From an uncultured bacterium (GTDB lineage Bacteria > Patescibacteriota > Minisyncoccia > Phycocordibacterales > Phycocordibacteraceae), in contig CAIJZI010000006.1 of NCBI GenBank assembly GCA_903825105.1, forward strand, positions 87,368 through 151,367: 64,000 nt of DNA, in the 5' to 3' direction. Shown here piece by piece: positions 62,100 through 64,000 of the stretch (positions within the stretch are counted from its first letter, which is position 1; each line of letters starts with the position of its first letter). The notes beneath the pieces were generated by a model. That model was not told the DNA's origin. It saw nothing but the letters and a program-made list of their open reading frames with translations, and ran no database searches. The translations under genes and the position numbers were made by a program.

Positions 62100-64000
62100 T
62101 TATTTAGGGGCGATATTTCCCTTTTCTACCTCCGCCCATTTCCAATATTCTTCGTTCTCCTTATTAGTCTTGAAGGGCATTAACCCCGCGATACCTTCTA
62201 CTAGCGCCTTTTTAAGGGCAACGTTCCCCTCGCTTTCTATTCTTAATTTAATATCGTCAAAATTGGACTTTCTATCCTCATATTTAGGCTTCAGAGCTTG
62301 TAGTACAAGCGATGTTTCAGCGATATGAGCAGCCTGATCCGACTTACGTAGGATTTCATCGAATAGAAAGTGTACGAATTCGTTCTTTTCCTCCTGATTT
62401 AGTTCCTCAAATCCGATTGCTACTGCATGAATTAACGAAGGTTGGCATTTGGGAGAAATTTCAGGTTTCTTAAGCCAATCAAAAGTCTCTTTCACTATCT
62501 TCCTCGTAAGTTCTTTGGAAAGAGTTGCCTCCTCGAAAGCCCCAAGTCCAACCTTTTGGAGGGCTTGATCCATCGTCATAAGACAGGCACCAATCTTTGT
62601 GGCTAAGGTTTCTCTAATCACCGCCTCACCATTGGCCTTATGTTTGTTGATGAATGAGAAAATTTTACGTTTCTGATCTGAATTCGCACCGTCATATTTA
62701 GACCAAATCTTTTCAGCGATAGCAAAGACGTGATTTACGTCTTTCGTGTTCAACGTATCAAAGAACGCAATTGCCTTGTCGAGATCGTAATTAAGAATTC
62801 GTTCGAGAAATTGTTGTTTTCTGGAGTTGTTGAGGAGACCAAAAAAATTATCTCTGAAAACCTGGTCTGCAAGTCCTCGGTTTGCCGCAGTGTCAAAAAT
62901 CGACTGGACATCGAAGAAGAGGGCTTGTGTATCGGGTGAAAGATCCCTGTAAGCTACCTCCAGTGCGTCGGAGGATACATTTCCTAACCAGCTACTCACA
63001 AAACGTTCAGTCTCATCTTTTTTGGGTGGGCTTAGTAAGTCCCGCATCTCAAAAAGAACTGGCACAAATACCGATCTAATTTGATGGTCTGCAGGTGCAT
63101 TGAACCCTGCGTTTAGGACATCCGCAAACGCATCTTTCGTGGCAGCAGAAACGGAAGAAAGTATCGGACCATGGGCCCTGAGGAATTCTCTATATTGATC
63201 TAGGAGTTTTTTCTTTTCCGGATATGTCTCTGGTTTAGAGTTTTGGTTCTCTCCAACCTGCAAATCAATAAACTTTCTTATTAGGACTTCTCCGTCTACT
63301 TGTGTTAGCAAAGCAGTAGTAAATTTATTGAGGACTTCCACTCTACTACTCACGTCATCAATAGCTCCCCCAGCAGGAATATTGCTTGCAAAGTTGCGGA
63401 GATATTCTGCTGTCACAAGGGCATCCTGGGCTTCGGGAGATTTAACGAGTATCTTCGCGGTCTCTATATCATTTGCCAGATGGTTAACCAGCAGATTTCT
63501 AACCTTTGTTTTTTGATCAGCTCCCAAGTAATCGGGTTGTGTAGCAAATATTGTAATGATCTTTCTTACATAATCTTTGTCAGACTTGTGTGTGTTCGGT
63601 CCAGATAGAACGTCGTCAATTACGGTAATCCATTGAGGGACGACAGTTTTACGATACTTTGTATTTCTAGTAAGAAAAGCATCATTCAGAATGTCGGGCG
63701 AGATTGTATGCAACTCCTCTTTACAACGCCCGGCAAGGATATTATTTATCTCTTCGTAAAGAGTGGATGCTAGTACTGTCTTCTTTTCCGAAAGGATCAC
63801 TAAAAGCGTATGGATGAGGTTTATCGAGGAGACCGGATTCGTCTTACTTTCCAACTCCTCCTTTATTGCCTGACTAAAGTCAGTCATTAAATCTACTTTT
63901 GCCAAATCCCCAATTTGATCAAAGTATTTAGCTGCATCTTCCGTATTCCTGTCCTCTAGGTGCGCAATGAGGGTTTCAAAGCCGGGGAACTTCTTTTCTT
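62100..64000 (-). CDS. large alpha-helical hypothetical protein, low GC; N-terminus probably beyond the window
   Basis: The reading frame stays open to the window edge; the listed ORF start is a TTG; codon usage unlike the core genes. Confidence 0.5.
   Translation of the reverse strand, partial: EKKFPGFETLIAHLEDRNTEDAAKYFDQIGDLAKVDLMTDFSQAIKEELESKTNPVSSINLIHTLLVILSEKKTVLASTLYEEINNILAGRCKEELHTISPDILNDAFLTRNTKYRKTVVPQWITVIDDVLSGPNTHKSDKDYVRKIITIFATQPDYLGADQKTKVRNLLVNHLANDIETAKILVKSPEAQDALVTAEYLRNFASNIPAGGAIDDVSSRVEVLNKFTTALLTQVDGEVLIRKFIDLQVGENQNSKPETYPEKKKLLDQYREFLRAHGPILSSVSAATKDAFADVLNAGFNAPADHQIRSVFVPVLFEMRDLLSPPKKDETERFVSSWLGNVSSDALEVAYRDLSPDTQALFFDVQSIFDTAANRGLADQVFRDNFFGLLNNSRKQQFLERILNYDLDKAIAFFDTLNTKDVNHVFAIAEKIWSKYDGANSDQKRKIFSFINKHKANGEAVIRETLATKIGACLMTMDQALQKVGLGAFEEATLSKELTRKIVKETFDWLKKPEISPKCQPSLIHAVAIGFEELNQEEKNEFVHFLFDEILRKSDQAAHIAETSLVLQALKPKYEDRKSNFDDIKLRIESEGNVALKKALVEGIAGLMPFKTNKENEEYWKWAEVEKGNIAPK

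Noticed and set aside
1-64000. CRISPR arrays / cas genes
   Set aside because: No run of regularly spaced direct repeats of 24-50 nt with unique spacers is present. The only recurring short repeats are the palindromes and hairpins reported above, at two or three copies each and irregular spacing.

Overview
The window is 64 kb of about 52% GC bacterial DNA, dense with housekeeping genes and punctuated by several accessory or mobile patches. I infer, without being able to test it, that it comes from a reduced-genome lineage, possibly Patescibacteria/CPR-like. The basis is the gene content: a short prolyl-tRNA synthetase with no INS editing domain, two MreB paralogs, and many apparently leaderless genes.

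Recognisable core genes, in order: aspS (5' partial), scpA, scpB, a D-Ala-D-Ala carboxypeptidase, mraY-ftsW-murG, gltX, a PcsB-like secreted hydrolase, a LOG-family protein, rpmA, rplI, an S41 protease, a truncated CorA-like protein, cysS, dnaB, recR, an ECF sigma factor, a PAS protein, a DEAD-box helicase, rplU, rmuC, a GatB/YqeY protein, tRNA-Glu, murF-ftsI-ftsL-rsmH-mraZ (reverse strand), lysS, greA, PBP2-mreD-mreC-mreB, proS, rseP, frr, holB, a second mreB, def, fmt, tRNA-Asn, an ApbE/FMN-binding/RnfD-FNR flavin module, mltG and an AlkD-like repair gene.

The unusual items I would prioritise:
1. An HNH endonuclease mini-cassette sits inside the 3' end of rmuC, and a diverged duplicate of the rmuC terminus lies just downstream of it.
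2. A RelE/Phd toxin-antitoxin cassette is bracketed by nested direct-repeat hairpins and near-identical terminator copies.
3. A palindrome family, TACCGAA(N2-7)TTCGGTA, occurs three times: twice flanking a ~195-nt promoter-to-terminator non-coding RNA candidate, and once upstream of the toxin-antitoxin promoter.
4. A second small-RNA candidate of about 93 nt lies between the Zn-ribbon gene and lysS.
5. A gene of about 60% GC, clearly foreign, carries a consensus TTGACA-17-TAGCAT promoter.
6. The right-hand 8 kb is mosaic and phage-like: a ParB-domain DNA methyltransferase, a small terminase subunit, a truncated large terminase subunit, holin-like small membrane proteins and a large low-GC protein.

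I found no CRISPR array and no rRNA. I could not place tmRNA, RNase P RNA or SRP RNA with any confidence. Both non-coding RNA calls rest only on promoter, terminator and structure seen in the sequence.
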